A stretch of 63,779 nucleotides of DNA, counting the filler, from Phoronis australis (lineage: Eukaryota > Animalia > Phoronida): assembly GCA_002633005.1 (NCBI GenBank). It is 7 parts of 7 records of this genome, joined end to end, with 100 filler letters (N's around TTAATTAATTAA, not from the genome) between each part and the next. Parts side by side here need not be neighbours in the genome. Positions count along the whole stretch, not along the records: positions 36,152 to 50,398 come from NMRA01001143.1; positions 50,499 to 59,962 come from NMRA01001142.1; positions 60,063 to 63,779 come from NMRA01002876.1; 4 more parts are not named here. The stretch is one strand, 5' to 3'. The notes beneath the pieces were generated by a model, which ran no database searches, had not been told where the DNA came from, and saw only the letters and a list, made by a program, of their open reading frames with translations. The translations under genes were made by a program, and so were the position numbers. This document shows, piece after piece, positions 48,426 through 61,796 of this stretch. How positions within the stretch are numbered: the first letter of the stretch is position 1; each line of letters opens with the position of its first letter.

Positions 48426-48566
48426 CAACTTGGTGCAAACCAGTTGCTAAGACAAAAATGAGAAAGTGATTACACAGTAGATGGAATAACAGTCCTACAG
48501 CAAGTAAAATCGTGTGCACTTTGAGTCATTGAAAATACATGTCGAGATCTGCAAGGGGCAAATGTC

Positions 48567-48805
48567 TGCCGTAACAGCCCGAAAATATTCAGATGGCCAG
48601 GGATATTCCTGGACTGCGGCGCGACAGCCCCGCGAAACTAATGGCAGGGATATTCCTGGAGTGCGCGACAGCCCGAAAATATTTGGATGGCAGAGATATT
48701 ACTGGACTGCGTGACGGCCCGAAAATATATTCGGATGGCTGGGATATCCCTGCACTGCGCGACGGCCCCTAAATATTCGGATGGCAACTATGGATATTCC
48801 TGAAC
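48567..48805. repeat. ~41-bp minisatellite, about 6 degenerate copies
   Basis: Approximate unit CAGCCCGAAAATATTCGGATGGCAGGGATATTCCTGGACTGCG. Confidence 0.85.
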
Positions 48806-49644
48806 AGCGCTTATGTACATAAAAATAATAAGGCACAAGTATCATGCTGCAGCAGTGTGCCACCCGGGTGCATCTTTTAAAAAGCAACACTTCCAAAAAT
48901 GCAAGCTAGATTCTAGTCAACTTTCAGCCAGTTGAGTAAAGCACGACTGATCATTGTCAGGGCTCCACGCTATTAAAATCGCCAGGTCGCATTTTGCGAC
49001 CTATCCAAAATCCCAGGTCGCATTTTCAAAATCCAGCTCGCATTCATCAATGCCAGGTCGTAAAATTTTCACGACATTTTTTCGCACCAAAATTGATTTT
49101 TTAGATCATCGAGAAAATGTTTAGATTAAACTCTTACCTGCAGCGTTTAATACTCACGCAGATCGCGAAATTGAGACCGTTCATGCAAGTACGGCGTTAC
49201 TGTTCTTCACGACTGCCATTGAAAGGCTCTAGAGCGCAAGGCAAGTTGCCGACGTGACAGTTGAATTAGTGCTCTCTGACATGTGCATTCGAGTAGCTAA
49301 GTTTGTGATGTGAAAAGGGAAAAATGCCCATTGAAAAAGTATTTGGGATTTTGCTAGGTCTGATCTGCAACTGGCTGTCATCAAAGACCAGTGGCGGATC
49401 TAGGATATCACAAGGGGGGGGCTCAACATTTTGTCCGGCTGTAAGCATTTGCGCAAACCGAACCACGATTGTAGATGCGCATAGTACCGAATGGGGGGAA
49501 GTCGGGAGGGGGGTTTGCCTAGGAAATTTTTTTGTTTTTACCTCTAAAAATCAAGCATTTTCCTTGATTCCTGAAGTATTATCCAAGAAAAAAAAGCAAA
49601 AATAAAAAGAAACACGGAGAACGTGTCAAACAGGAAAAACTTCA

Positions 49645-49711
49645 AGTACCAAAGACTCGAACTCACGACCTGGCGGATAGAGCGCGCGTGCGTTACCACT
49701 ACACCAACGCG
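49645..49711 (-). other. tRNA-derived pseudogene or SINE head inside a CAGTGGCGGAT-type element (starting ~49390)
   Basis: The minus strand has an A box TGGTGTAGTGG and a B box GTTCGAGTC, but no paired acceptor or anticodon stems. Confidence 0.5.
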
Positions 49712-50498
49712 ATTTAGGTACTAATCTCATACTAAGAGACCTACTTGTTTATGGTCCACAGCGTTTGCGCGCAAAACTTACTTCTTTTTGTAATGTTTAT
49801 TACACGTTTTATATTTTTTTGCAATCAATTTTTAACAAATTTGTCATAAAATAGTCTTCAAATGCCCAAAAGACCAAATCCGTTTTTCGTGTTGGCAATA
49901 ATGACGGGATTGCTTTGGAAATCGTCTTAATAAGATAAGGTTTGACAAAGAGAGTATTGTGAGTTTCTGAGTGATTCACTAAGGCTTCGATTAAAATTCA
50001 CAGGTAACAATTACCACTTCACATCTTACCAGCAGCTTCTGTTTTTTCATCGTCACTCAGGTTCCAAAAAAATGAAGTAAATTTTCTTCATTGCACAGTG
50101 GAGCAGACGACGGAAACGGAGTCGTAGTGCGCAGCGCCACCACTGCCGGTCGCCTGGGATATCGCGGGAGAGCCTATACTTAGCCACAGTTCCGTTACGA
50201 ATGCGCCGTGTTCCGAATTTGACACTTGAAATTGGATTTGAGCCCTACCCTCGCCCCAACACGAAAACTGCACACATTTAAATCTTTTTTCACCCGTATA
50301 ATTTTAATTACCGAGGTTAATTAATAAACTAAACATTTCCGTTGGCTCTTACTGTTTTATTTTTTGCGGCAGCCAAGGGGGGGGGGGCGGGCCCCCTGNN
50401 NNNNNNNNNNNNNNNNNNNNNNNNNNNNNNNNNNNNNNNNNNTTAATTAATTAANNNNNNNNNNNNNNNNNNNNNNNNNNNNNNNNNNNNNNNNNNNN

Positions 50499-50534
<36 letters not shown>
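50499..50534 (+). repeat. (GCA)n microsatellite at contig start
   Basis: Direct reading. Confidence 0.95.
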
Positions 50535-50536
<2 letters not shown>

Positions 50537-53500
50537 CAGTACGATTAAGAGGCAATTATGAAAGTGTTAACTTACTCAATATTAGTTATATAAAATACAT
50601 TCTAAAATTCATTTGGAATTGTTTTTGGAACTAAATCGCTTGTTTCACTGGCTTGCTTCACGCTGTGCTGTCGACCTCAGATTCGAGGTGCGATTACACA
50701 TGATAACCTGCCGTTAATATTCATCTTGTCAGTCAGCTGTTTGTTGAATGACTGAGCGCATGCGCGAATTTATCTAAGTGGGAGGGAGATTCAGAAACTT
50801 TGCGGTGACTACAGCGTGACTCGCGCGTATTTCAAAAATCGTGAATTTTGTGATTTTTTGGAAATTCATTCACAGGGAAAAGTCCTTAACTCTGTAATTG
50901 ACGTTTTAAGACAATGGTTTTGTCCTAAATTGTTTAACAATTATATTTTTGGCGAGCTTTCGGGTTCCATGGCCATTTATGTTTACTCCGTAGCAGGCTA
51001 ACTCTCGGGCTTTGCTTAGACCGATTTCTTGCTTAATTTTGGGGGTATGACAAGTCATGAAACGAGGTTAAGACATTTTAGCCTTAAGTTTGTCCGATTT
51101 CGGCCTAACTTAAGAAAGAAAAAGTTTCATGGAACGCCCCCTGGTCACTTCACAATCAATTGCAATGGCGTATAGCAGCAGCTTAGAAGACGAGGACAAT
51201 TTTGTGCGAGAGATCGGCGATTATTATGAAGACAGAGAGGAGAGTAGATACCAGCATAATACGATCTCCCTTTCTGTCGTGTTTTTGACGGAAGCAAAAC
51301 AATTACCTTGCGGTAGGAAGCGATGAGCCACTTTTGGCTATCAACTGAAGTTGGCGCCGCATCTCGGAGTATTTGATCTATGAGGTTGCCACGTGTTTCT
51401 CCACACTACTTACACAATGTTTAATTACAATCGTTCAGATATCCACTGCTGAATCAACGTCTTTAATTAATTCCCTATTAAACTTTATAGTCTTGTCAAT
51501 AACATCTTGACTAACCCAACTGTCTTTATTTGATTTGTAAATTAAAATTTGGGAGACATTCAAGTGAGCCCTATCTTCATGGTGACCTTTGAATAAACGT
51601 ACGAATGAGCGCTACTTTCAAACATGTCACCAATTTCAAAATCCTCACCGCTTACAAGAACATAGCTATCATATAATTGTTTTTATTAGAATAAGTAGTC
51701 CAAATATACACACAGTTCGCACTTATTGAATATACTACAAGCTGTAAAAACTTGGATATTTTGGACGAGCTTTCGCGTTCCATACCACTCTATTGGTTGT
51801 TTTTAACAGTAAAAATCAACAGCCCCCTTTTAGCACTAACCGCGGTTACAGAAACGCTGTTCACCAGTTGCGTTCTTGGAAAACAGCTTTCAGAGTCAAT
51901 AATTATAACTATACGGCACCATAAAATGTACGATCTCATTTCTAAAAATACTTTAACCCACGTTAATTTGGTTTGTTGTGACGTATTTGAAGTGTTGTTT
52001 TCTGAATATCCACCCGTGTAAACGAGGAACTACATGAGTGTAGCAGAAGTGTTGTTCGGGTAACCTGTGTACTGTCAGGTTTTATACGATTCAGGGGCAC
52101 TACTAGCTGCAATGACTTTACTGTCACGTTCACTGTACAACATAATCTTGCTTTTATTGCAGAAACAAAATTGATTTGATAAGACAGTCACTATATTACT
52201 TTGGCAAAACAGGATTGCAAAAACTTTTTATGAAAGTAAATTCCGTAGCAAATACACACATCGGAACAAGCGAATGCAAACAAGTCTCACGCAATCGCTG
52301 CGCAACCTCAGAGGCTGTGAGATCTGAGTTGGCATTCCAAGGCTAGAGTTCCATGGTCTGTTTTTCAAAAGTAGTGAATCTGACAATTTTTTTAAAAATT
52401 CCTGCAATAATCAAAAGGGATAACTCTCACGTTAGCATTCCTAAGGAGTAGATTGGCCAAGCTCTGTTAAAAAGGTATTTTATACGTGTTTTCGCGTTCC
52501 ATGCCTCTTTAAATGCAAACTGAGATTAGAACCAGCATCTACGTAGACAATAACATCTTCGCAATAAATGTCACTGCACTTAAGTCCAATTAATAGATAA
52601 AGACGTATAATTTTAGGTGAATGCCTGACCAAGTTCATCACAACTGTCAAGAAGCTATATTCTAAAATATTTGTCTTGATAGGGTACAAATCGTTTGAAT
52701 CATTGGACTTATTTCCTTGCTGGTTTAATTAATCTTTGAATAACATCAGTGGCACATTTCCTTTTTTATGATACTGTTACAACGTCTTATTTTTTGCATT
52801 TTGGTCACGGTCTTGGTTTCTAGAATCAAAAATATTTTTAAACCTGACACGTATGCGGAATGATAACTATTCATGACTTAAATCATTCAAAATTTGACTG
52901 TAGTATAATCATTCATCATTAAGAGCTGATAAAAGGACTTTATAATGATAGGGCTTTTAAGCTATTCGGTTGAAAAACGGAGGAGTTACGAAGCTTTTTA
53001 GTGACAACAATTCCACAGCAAGAACCAACACCGGAGGAAACAAATGCCACGCATGTGCTGCACAACCTCAGCAGCGCGAGAATGAAGTTAGGTTTAAAAC
53101 ATTGCAATAATGATATTTGACTTTTTGATTTCTTGGGCAGCTCGTTATTGCTGGAGACCAAGCTCAACTAGTTGTTTTGTCACGGCCAATCATTTTATGC
53201 GTTGATTATGGCCTCAAAACAATTCAATGAACTACTGTAATTCTTTTGAAACTCACAATCCACTAATCTCACCTGAGTACGAAAAAGGTGAGACTATTTA
53301 ATTATCGGTACAAGTAGATAGTCTAAACTAAGCGCTTAACTTCTCCTTTAGTGACCTGAACCAGTTACATTTAAAGCTATTTTGAGAATAAATAGTTATT
53401 CAAGAACGTTTTCAAAAAATCCAACGCCACAAAATCATTTTCATGCTTTAACTAAAGGTGTAATTGAAAAAGAATATAACGCATTATTACGTTTATTTTC

Positions 53501-53592
53501 AATGGTCACAAAACAAATATCACTCAGAAAATCTTGTTGATTGCTGAAAAGTGACAAGTGTCCCATCAGAACAACTCTGATCATACCATCAA

Positions 53593-53962
53593 TCACCGAC
53601 ACCAGAAGGGACACCTGTTATCGTACAGGATCTTTGAGTAACGGTTGGCAAAATCGTGACAATTGTTCCATAACAAACTGTATCCCCCAAAGATTTTCTT
53701 GTAATTTCTAGTGCATCTTTCCAGACATGTAGACGAGACTGTGCTATAACCCGCTGGACGTCGCTCCCATCTTAGGTTGCAACCACGCCTCTGGCTTTGA
53801 CTAACAACATGACCGATACCCTTCCCGTCCACCTCGTACACTTTGCCGCGGTACAGAAGAAGGCGATGAGAAATCGACCACGTGAATCGTGTGGGGTAGT
53901 ACGATCTCTTGCCGGACTTTCTCAGGCAAAAAAGATTTTGTTTTCCGAAAAAATAGGGTTTG
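53593..53962 (-). CDS. Last exon of a small secreted protein with a permuted papain-like (PPPDE/LRAT-like) motif
   Basis: ttctgattttttag|C, then 122 codons KPYFFGKQNLFCLRKSGKRSYYPTRFTWSISHRLLLYRGKVYEVDG...FGGYSLLWNNCHDFANRYSKILYDNRCPFWCR*. The His precedes the YxLLxNNCxxFAN motif. Confidence 0.8.
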
Positions 53963-54736
53963 CTAAAAAATCAGAAAATGGTTAATTAAAAGCGAGTCAT
54001 TTAAGCATGTCACGAAAGCTGACGCTAGCGTGTGTTATGGTCACCGCAGACGGAGAGCTGCGAGCTCAGCTGCTTCATTAAGTGATCAACAGCTAAACTG
54101 ATGTCAAGGCGAGAAAAAATCGAATGAACAAGCAGCTAACTCGTTCAATTCAAACCTCGACGTGAGCTGCCGGCTCAACTAATCGTTCTCTTGAGGAGTC
54201 AGCTGTTTCTGAGATAGTAGCTCTCCATCTGCAGTTACCTGGTGGGCGTAATTAAACAATACGATGCTTGAAAGACAAAGTTTTGGGTAAAAGGCTGGTA
54301 ACTTGACCAAACGGGCGATCGACTTACGATCGAAAATCCAGACATGGCCTCCTTCCAAGAATTACTGGGGATGTAATCACGTGATAAAACAGCTATTGTC
54401 TTTCACACTCGGTCAAAATGTTGGTCACTTCACCTTCTTGGAGTCTGAAAACTAGCATAGTGACGTAGGTAGAAAAAAAAAACAATAAATTTTGTTATAT
54501 TGCCAGAATTTTAATGTAAAATATGAAAAAGTAGTTCTTTTGTATATCACTATAGTATGACACAATTATTGCACGGTGGTATGATGAAGTGGAAGAATAG
54601 GCAGTTTGAGTGAATGGTCGAATATGTGATAAAGGAACTTTGTTAATGGACGAACAATTGCTATTACGAACTTCTCAAAGCGGATGAGGATGAGAAAATA
54701 ACTGAGTTGATAAGAGTTAAAGCCCTTTTGTCTTAC

Positions 54737-54822
54737 CTGCCTGGTATGTTTTTATTCTTGACGCTATATTTCAAGCCATTGGCGGCAATGAACAGTGAGA
54801 CGAGAATGAGAGAAGCAACTCC
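54737..54822 (-). CDS. Signal-peptide exon of the same gene
   Basis: ttcttctatttcag|GGA...GGCAG|gtaaga, 86 nt, encodes GVASLILVSLFIAANGLKYSVKNKNIPG+AG. Its phase 2 matches the acceptor at 53962. Confidence 0.7.
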
Positions 54823-54909
54823 CTGAAATAGAAGAAAGGGTTTTGACTAAATCAACAGTTGAAGGAGATAATCTTTACCATTCATCGCCACAGAGTAAGA
54901 CCCACCTTT

Positions 54910-55190
54910 AATGTTGGAAGGACTGAAGGAGATGTATTGCCTTAGTGAGTTTTTCATGGGGAAAGGAAGCCGTCATAGATTTAGAGTCGAGATGAATGCC
55001 GTAGATAAAGATAGAGGTCGTTGGAAGGACGGTATTTTGGTGATTGATAGGAACGCCAATTTCCTCACAGAAGGTGAGAAAAGTGCGGAGATACTAAGAA
55101 CATAAGGGGCCGACAAAAAAGAAGTCATCAAGAAGATGTGGCACCCCTGGGACATTGAGTTTATTTTGAAGAATCCATTGGAAGGATGAG
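54910..55190 (-). mobile_element. DIRS/Ngaro tyrosine-recombinase retrotransposon RT fragment
   Basis: Minus strand: SFQWILQNKLNVPGVPHLLDDFFFVGP..YLRTFLTFCEEIGVPINHQNTVLPTTSIFIYGIHLDSKSMTASFP, matching the DIRS HYLDDF..LGVP..EKT..LGIxLDS pattern. Confidence 0.75.
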
Positions 55191-56086
55191 CTTATGAGTT
55201 CAAATGAAAATAAACGTTTGCTAAATGAAAAGTACGAATCAAGTAAAGTGTTTCTAGTTTCATTGCATTTTACCTTGAAAAAGTCTCGCGGTCTCGAAAG
55301 TGCTGTTGAGTTTCTGTTATTGTTTCAGTGCATACTTTGTCGGAAAGAACATTGATATGATAATGAGCTGATACATCGTACTGTAAACCAGAAAACTGAA
55401 CAGAAGGTCAAATTTCAAGAGAAATGATCGTATGTAGCGGTCTGTAAATTCGGCAATTCTTTTAAAAATGATATGCAATTTAACGCTCCTCTTATTTGCT
55501 CTTTTCTCTTTGCTGTACTATGAGGCAATACTTTTGAAATTATGGTACAACTTACCCAATATCGCGCCATCTTCTTGTGAACAATGTTCGTGTACAAATG
55601 ATTTTAGCTCAAAGCGCATATGTTTTATAAAAATATTTCCTATTCTTTCCCCAATAAAAAATCTCTGACACGTAGCCAGTACGAGCACGAAACTTGTGAA
55701 TTTCCCCAGCCAAATAACTCGTGACACACGATCCCACCCTTGTATCGTGATAAAGCATAAGGGTACGCTCACGGGCAAGCGTGCAAACTACATCCGAGAA
55801 ACAATGACGATAGGAAACAGTTTCATTGATGTAAAAGTATGTGGTGAACCCGACACTGTGTTTGGCGGTCGCTCACGCCACATATTTGAGAGTCCAAACA
55901 CGAGTTAGTGAATCACTGAACAGAATTGGGGAGTTAACATGGCCCATGTTTTTCTGGTGATTTCCGAAAATAGACCAGGCTCGTAGGAAGGTAAAAATTA
56001 TTGGAGGTGGCTCAAACCAATTCGACCTCGCCAACCTACCTCCTTCCTATCCCCACACCACCCCCCCTCTCCGTTCTCTGGATGTC

Positions 56087-57595
56087 ACCATATTTGTACC
56101 GACTCCCCACGTCCGCCATAGGTGGGTTGGGAGGGGGGTAATATTTAGACGCAGCCATCCGGATTTGAGTAACCGTGAACCAAAAAATTTCACGGAGAAA
56201 AAGAATGGGTCTAGGGCCAGCGCGCTGACAGGTAGCTGAGTTCCAACAGAGGATTTGATGAACTAGAGCTTGTCGCTGGTCAGCTCAGCTATGATTCACT
56301 TGAGACAGGCAGCTTAGCTCGTACCAATTCCTCTGCGGTGGATGTAAGGTCAAGATTCGTTTTATCATGATCAAGTTTGGGGAAAACTTCATTTTATCGT
56401 GGTCGTTCTTTGAAAGACTTTTTGGAAAGGTGAGGTCCCAAGGTCCCTGGTATGAGTGTCATTGTGGCCGTTTCAAAATCCCTTGATAAAAAACAGCCGG
56501 TAGTCCATTTTCTTGTGTGGCTGGGGGAAATGACACAGACTGTGTCGCAAAGATGTACACACTTCAACGCCTGGAGTTCAAATTCAGCTCCCGTGGATCA
56601 ATGACATTCTGCATAGGTGTACTGCATAGTTACACTTTATTTTTATCGTGGTGCGTCATTCATGACGTGCTCCGTGTGTGTAGTATGCACAGGAATGGAA
56701 AGCAAATGATTCAGTTTTGAAAAGAATTCATTGCGCAATGCTATTGGAAACTAACAACATCAAGGAAGTGCAAAGAGAACCTTTCCCAGTTGATGAGCAA
56801 TAAGTTTAATTTTATTTATTTAAGTACTTAAACTTCTTCGATCTACGGTTTGTGAAATTAAACCCACTAATCTATTTTCTAAGTCAATAAACAGTTTATT
56901 GTCATTTGAATTGTAAGAAAATTTTATGACACTTTGTAGAGCTGTCCGACATTCATTAATATCTTTGAGACTTGTTTAAAATAGACAAATAAAATAGTCT
57001 AGTGTTCTTTTATATTTGTATTTTTATATCTGACGATAGATCGAATTTTCCCAATGTCTGCTTACAACTAAGTTCGTTGAAGCATTGTCATTTCTTACAA
57101 GATTAGCTTCTAATATTGTAAAAAAATCATTAGCCAATCAACTCATTTTCGTAGATACATACACATGTAATTCAGAAACCAGCAATCGAATCCATGAGCA
57201 ATACGGTTACCTTATTTTTATGACTTAATTTCTTTTTGATCCTCTGTTAGTGACAACAAATCTTGTACGAAGTCAAAAAGCAATGCATTTATTGTCATTT
57301 GAATTGTGAGTAAATTTTTGGGAGTTGTCCAAATTTCATCAATGTCTGTGAGTTATTTTAGATAAGCAAGAAGCTTTCCAAGTGCACTTTACTATTTGAG
57401 GATCTAATTATGGAGTTTTTTCCATACTCAGGCTTCAACTCAATTCACTGAAACATCATCATTTTTTAAAATATTAGCTTCTAATTGCCAAAACTCATCT
57501 ATTAACCTTTCCGCTTCAGTAGATACACAAACATGTAAATCAGAAACCAACGAATTTGTTGATCAAAACGCATTCCAAATATTATAAGCAATTTT
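56087..57595 (+). repeat. Diverged repeat homologous to 31360-32342, with an internal ~300-bp duplication
   Basis: Collinear shared blocks. TTTATTGTCATTTGAATTGT...AGATACA occurs at ~56895-57180 and ~57288-57548. Confidence 0.8.
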
Positions 57596-59848
57596 TACAG
57601 GCATAAAACGCAGATTTTTGACAGGTAACCCGGGGAACACGGGAGATGGGACATTCATACTAAGGTGTATTTTTGCTCATTTTCGAAGTACCCATAACGG
57701 TTCACGAGTTTAATTTGAACTCCAAAAAAAAACGCTGAAAGATTTGTTCACTACTTCGAATGTTCAGAATTCTGACAGTTTATTACTCGGACTGTCTGCT
57801 AATGAGTCGGAACTGACATGAATGAAATGTGTACATTTAGTAACCATTTAAAGCCTATCTTGAACGGTAAAACTTGTAAATTTTGATCCTACAGTACATT
57901 AAGAGCAACGCTATGAGCCCACCAGTTCCATAAATTGTCAAATGTGACGGAGCTCTTAGGGGTATTGGCTTGCTTTTGTTTATGTCACTACGAGAATCAC
58001 AAACAGAGGCGAATAACACCCGCACGCAATGGTGTTCTATTCAGAGCCCTGTTCAACACAATTGTTATCGACCTTTTGTTGTTTGTGCAGGAGCTTGCGG
58101 TGACGCAATATGGCGCGAAAAGGCAGCTTCACCCATAATTTGCACTCGCGCTTTCTTATTTTACAAACTTAAGGCTTTACTATAGGAATATCTGTTTAGC
58201 CCAATACATTTAAAATAACAAAATTCCGTTGAAGTAAGGCTTTAAAGGGTATGCAAGAGTTGAATATTACTTTATTAAACATGTCGCATAGATTTCGCAA
58301 GCTATTGTTTAAATTGCGAGATCCATTCGACGGGCTTAAGTTCGAGTCCCGTTCTTTGCGAGCAACCCTCATTTCTGGTATTACGAATTCCGTATCATCT
58401 CAGAAACATAGAACTGAAAGTCATCGTTGTGTATACAGATTTCCCTCCTCCCTAATTAAGCTGCGTCTAGGGCCTTACTGAAAACTCTAGAGTCCGACGA
58501 CGTTTGCCAAAAATATCAAAGGTCCACCATTCCAGAAATTCGAACCACCCCCACGAAATGCTGGCTACGGGCCTGGACACCATGCTCTACTTTGCTTTAA
58601 TTTGATTGAAGTCTTTTTTCACTGCAGCTAAACACGTAAAACCTACATCCATGAAAAGACTTGTACATGCGAATTTGAGGTATGGTAATAAAGACACACT
58701 GCGTGTATCTACTTCGTGGTATTACTACCATCACATTTGTTTACAGTGAGATACGGTAACTATAACAATGGGATTCAACGAAAAATGAAATTCGATAAGG
58801 AAAAAATGGATGACAATAGCAAATAATACTTAAAAGTATTGATAACATCATAGCCTTTAGGTGATATTTTTGTTTAACTGAAGCATGTATCACAAGGGCA
58901 ACTTCTAATGTCTAGCGTAAAACCGCTAAAGCTGGTTTCCTTGCACTGTCTGGTAACCTTGCGAAGCACGGGTTCCAGGTAGTCGAATTTAAAAATCCAG
59001 TGATTCAATATGCTCCGCAAAAGCTTCGCTTTACGAACTTTCTCGTTTTTTCGGAATACATCTATCTATGATAAAATGCACGTTTTCAAGTGGGTTTAGC
59101 CGACCTACATGTAGGCAGCAAACACGGAGACCCTAACAACAATGTCCTGGCCAGGGCCCTCAAAGGGTAAACCATGCACTGATATTGAGTTGTCAAATGT
59201 TCTATTGAATTTTCTCTCTTATCCGTATTCGTAGTCTATATTTTCTCGACTGTCCCTGGCCCCAAACCTATGTCGGTTGCCATGGTTTAACCCTGACGCC
59301 TGCACATTTCGGAGGGGCAGGCCCCCCGCCCGGCCCCCCGCTTCCTACGGCCCTGTAGACCCACCCAAAAGTACGTCCACGGGCATATTTTCGGAAATTT
59401 TTCAAAAGTACGCCCTTCTGCGTAGTTTCGGTAAGTGCTTGAATGGTTTGAAAATCTGAAGGATTGTTCTAAAATATGCATGTGATATGTGTTCTTGTAA
59501 ACTTTTATAAACGTTGACAAGATCCTATAGTTTGGGGTCGCGTTTTCTCAAAATATTTGTTGCATACGTTTATGCTTATTTTCATCAGTAAAAATCAACA
59601 GTCCCTTTTAGCACTAACCGCGTTTATAGAAAGGCTGTCTACATTTGCTTGCGGTCAATAATGACTATTATTTGCTTTTTATGGAGCAGTTTAAAAAAAC
59701 TGCACTATAAAATATTCGCGGTTTGTAAAATGTTGTTTTTTACGATGAGCCAATGGCTTTTAATGCAGAAATAACATTAACTTGATTTGACAAGCACTTC
59801 ATTACGTTGACAACACTGAGAGGGGTACGATCTTTGTCAGCGAGTCGG

Positions 59849-59962
59849 GAGGGTGAGGATGGCGATGACGGTGGTGAGGGTGATGATGATGATGGCGGTG
59901 GTGAGGGTGATGATTTCAATGATGGTGGTGAGGGTGATGATGATGATGGCGGTGGTGAGGGT
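59849..59962 (+). repeat. GGTGAGGGT(GAT)nGGC low-complexity tandem repeat at contig end
   Basis: About 4 units of ~27-30 bp, read directly. Confidence 0.9.
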
Positions 59963-61235
59963 NNNNNNNNNNNNNNNNNNNNNNNNNNNNNNNNNNNNNN
60001 NNNNNNTTAATTAATTAANNNNNNNNNNNNNNNNNNNNNNNNNNNNNNNNNNNNNNNNNNNNTATCAGGTCGTCAATTTCTGAGGCTGGCAAAATTTTTG
60101 TCTCGCATGGCACAAAAGGCTACGTCATTTGGCGCCTATTTCAAAGAGTTGAGAGTTGCCTTAAATGATCTTACGAGAACTCTGGGAATAAACAGCAAAT
60201 CTTTCTCCATTGGTTTGTCAATCTCCAATTACACATTGGTAAGCCATTTGTTCAGTGCAAATGAGTGTGTTTTACTAAAAGTAGCAATCTTTAAATGACC
60301 ATTTTCTCCCAACTTGTAACCCTACCGTGAAAACAGGCTGCGAATTCTTCTAAACTTGCCATATAATGGAAGTAAGAGGTCGCTTGCTGTTGAGATGCAT
60401 CGATTCAATTTTGGAAAAGCTGACCAAGCTCGTCAAAACGACGTAACACTTGTTATACATTCCAACGGTTCAAATGCTAAGTTCAGGGATAGATCTCATT
60501 TTATGACTGTGTGAAAAGATTTGAGTCATCTTTAGTGTGATTCTGTGATTTGAGTGGACAAGAAGGAAGGTCCTAAGTTAAACCCAACTGCAGTACAGTT
60601 GCATCACGTGTCATGATTGTGTACTTCCTGCTGTTCAACACTAAGAGTTTGTCGACCACTGACTTCGAAGTAAATTTCAATGTTTCTACCTGGACCGTCA
60701 TCATTTTTATTAAGTCTAAATGTTCACTTGAAATAGTCTTATTTCAGACTGTCTTTAATTGTCAACATTTTCAAAAGGTTATCAAAAGGCTCACAATCTT
60801 TGGTAGACCCTTTCCTCTTGAAAAAAGTACTTTAAAAATGATTTCCACCTCTCCCTATAACTGAAGACAAAAGTTTTAAACCGTATACCGGAAATTAGGT
60901 CAGACCCAACCACCGTACATGTACGTGTAGTCGATTATCATGAAGAGTCCGCCCTCAATGTTAACGGTTGAAAACTCATCATCTGCTGCAAAACTGCTAT
61001 TTTTTTGCAAAGTTATGCCTCATTTGTACATACACTAAATATGGTATGATCTCAGCCTCCCTCCTAATCAAAGCACTCCGAATCCACTGGAAATGTGTCG
61101 TCTGAGTCGAAATGTTTAAAGCTGATGTTTATAAAGTTTATGAAACGAATTCTCAAATACCGCGCTGGTAACCAGACATGAAACCTGATGAAGTTTATGT
61201 TTTACGTGAAACAATGATTTTGCTGTTTCTTGCAG

Positions 61236-61424
61236 GCGGTGTTTCTTTTTCCCGCCCTCTTGACTGGTGTCTTGGCATTGTACATTTCGTTCTGGCCACG
61301 CTCGTTTATTGACAGGAGCTCCACCTATTATCGCATAGTGCTGGGTAAAGTGGTGGGAGGTGCTGTGATTCTAATTGTTTTCAACGTCTACATACTATTC
61401 GCTTTTGAAGTATTTGGCTCCATG
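61236..61424 (+). CDS. Uncharacterised multi-pass membrane protein, exon A
   Basis: ttcttgcag|GCG...ATG|gtaatt, 189 nt, phase 0 to 0, with two hydrophobic segments (AVFLFPALLTGVLALYISFW; VVGGAVILIVFNVYILFAF). Confidence 0.75.
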
Positions 61425-61796
61425 GTAATTATCGTATATACATGTCAGCTACATGTATTATTGCGTCGTATTAAACCGACTCAAACGAAAATTATGATTT
61501 ATTAAATTAAGAAACCTCACCAAAAATAATTCTTTATTCGGTCTAATCTTCAAATCCATCCAAATCAGTGGCATTCTTCGGAGCTCTATTTTCGTTCGAT
61601 TGCACAGGAAGATATTCCTTCGAAGCGTATCGCCATTGCGTTTTGTAAAAGCGGACTATCGGAGTTCTACAACGAGGCTCACTTCAGGTTTTGTCTTTAT
61701 CATGAATCAGTGTACATAAAAATGGATTGATGTTACCTACATTTCTTATGTCATGCTATACTGGCAAAACGCATCGTGTATTCAAATTTTCTATAG

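Noticed and set aside
48567-48805. Regularly spaced ~41-bp repeats as a CRISPR array
   Set aside because: Whole units are repeated and degenerate, which is an ordinary minisatellite.
49645-49711. Second functional tRNA
   Set aside because: Only A and B boxes remain and the stems do not pair.
54239-54345. Alternative first exon (MSGFSIVSRS...) for the secreted-protein gene
   Set aside because: It is phase-compatible but lacks a signal-like segment, and the 54737-54822 exon has strong splice sites on both sides. Not fully excluded without transcripts.
59807-60010. Acidic Gly/Asp/Glu-rich protein
   Set aside because: A simple repeat at a contig end, with a non-ATG start and a stop supplied by the artificial spacer.
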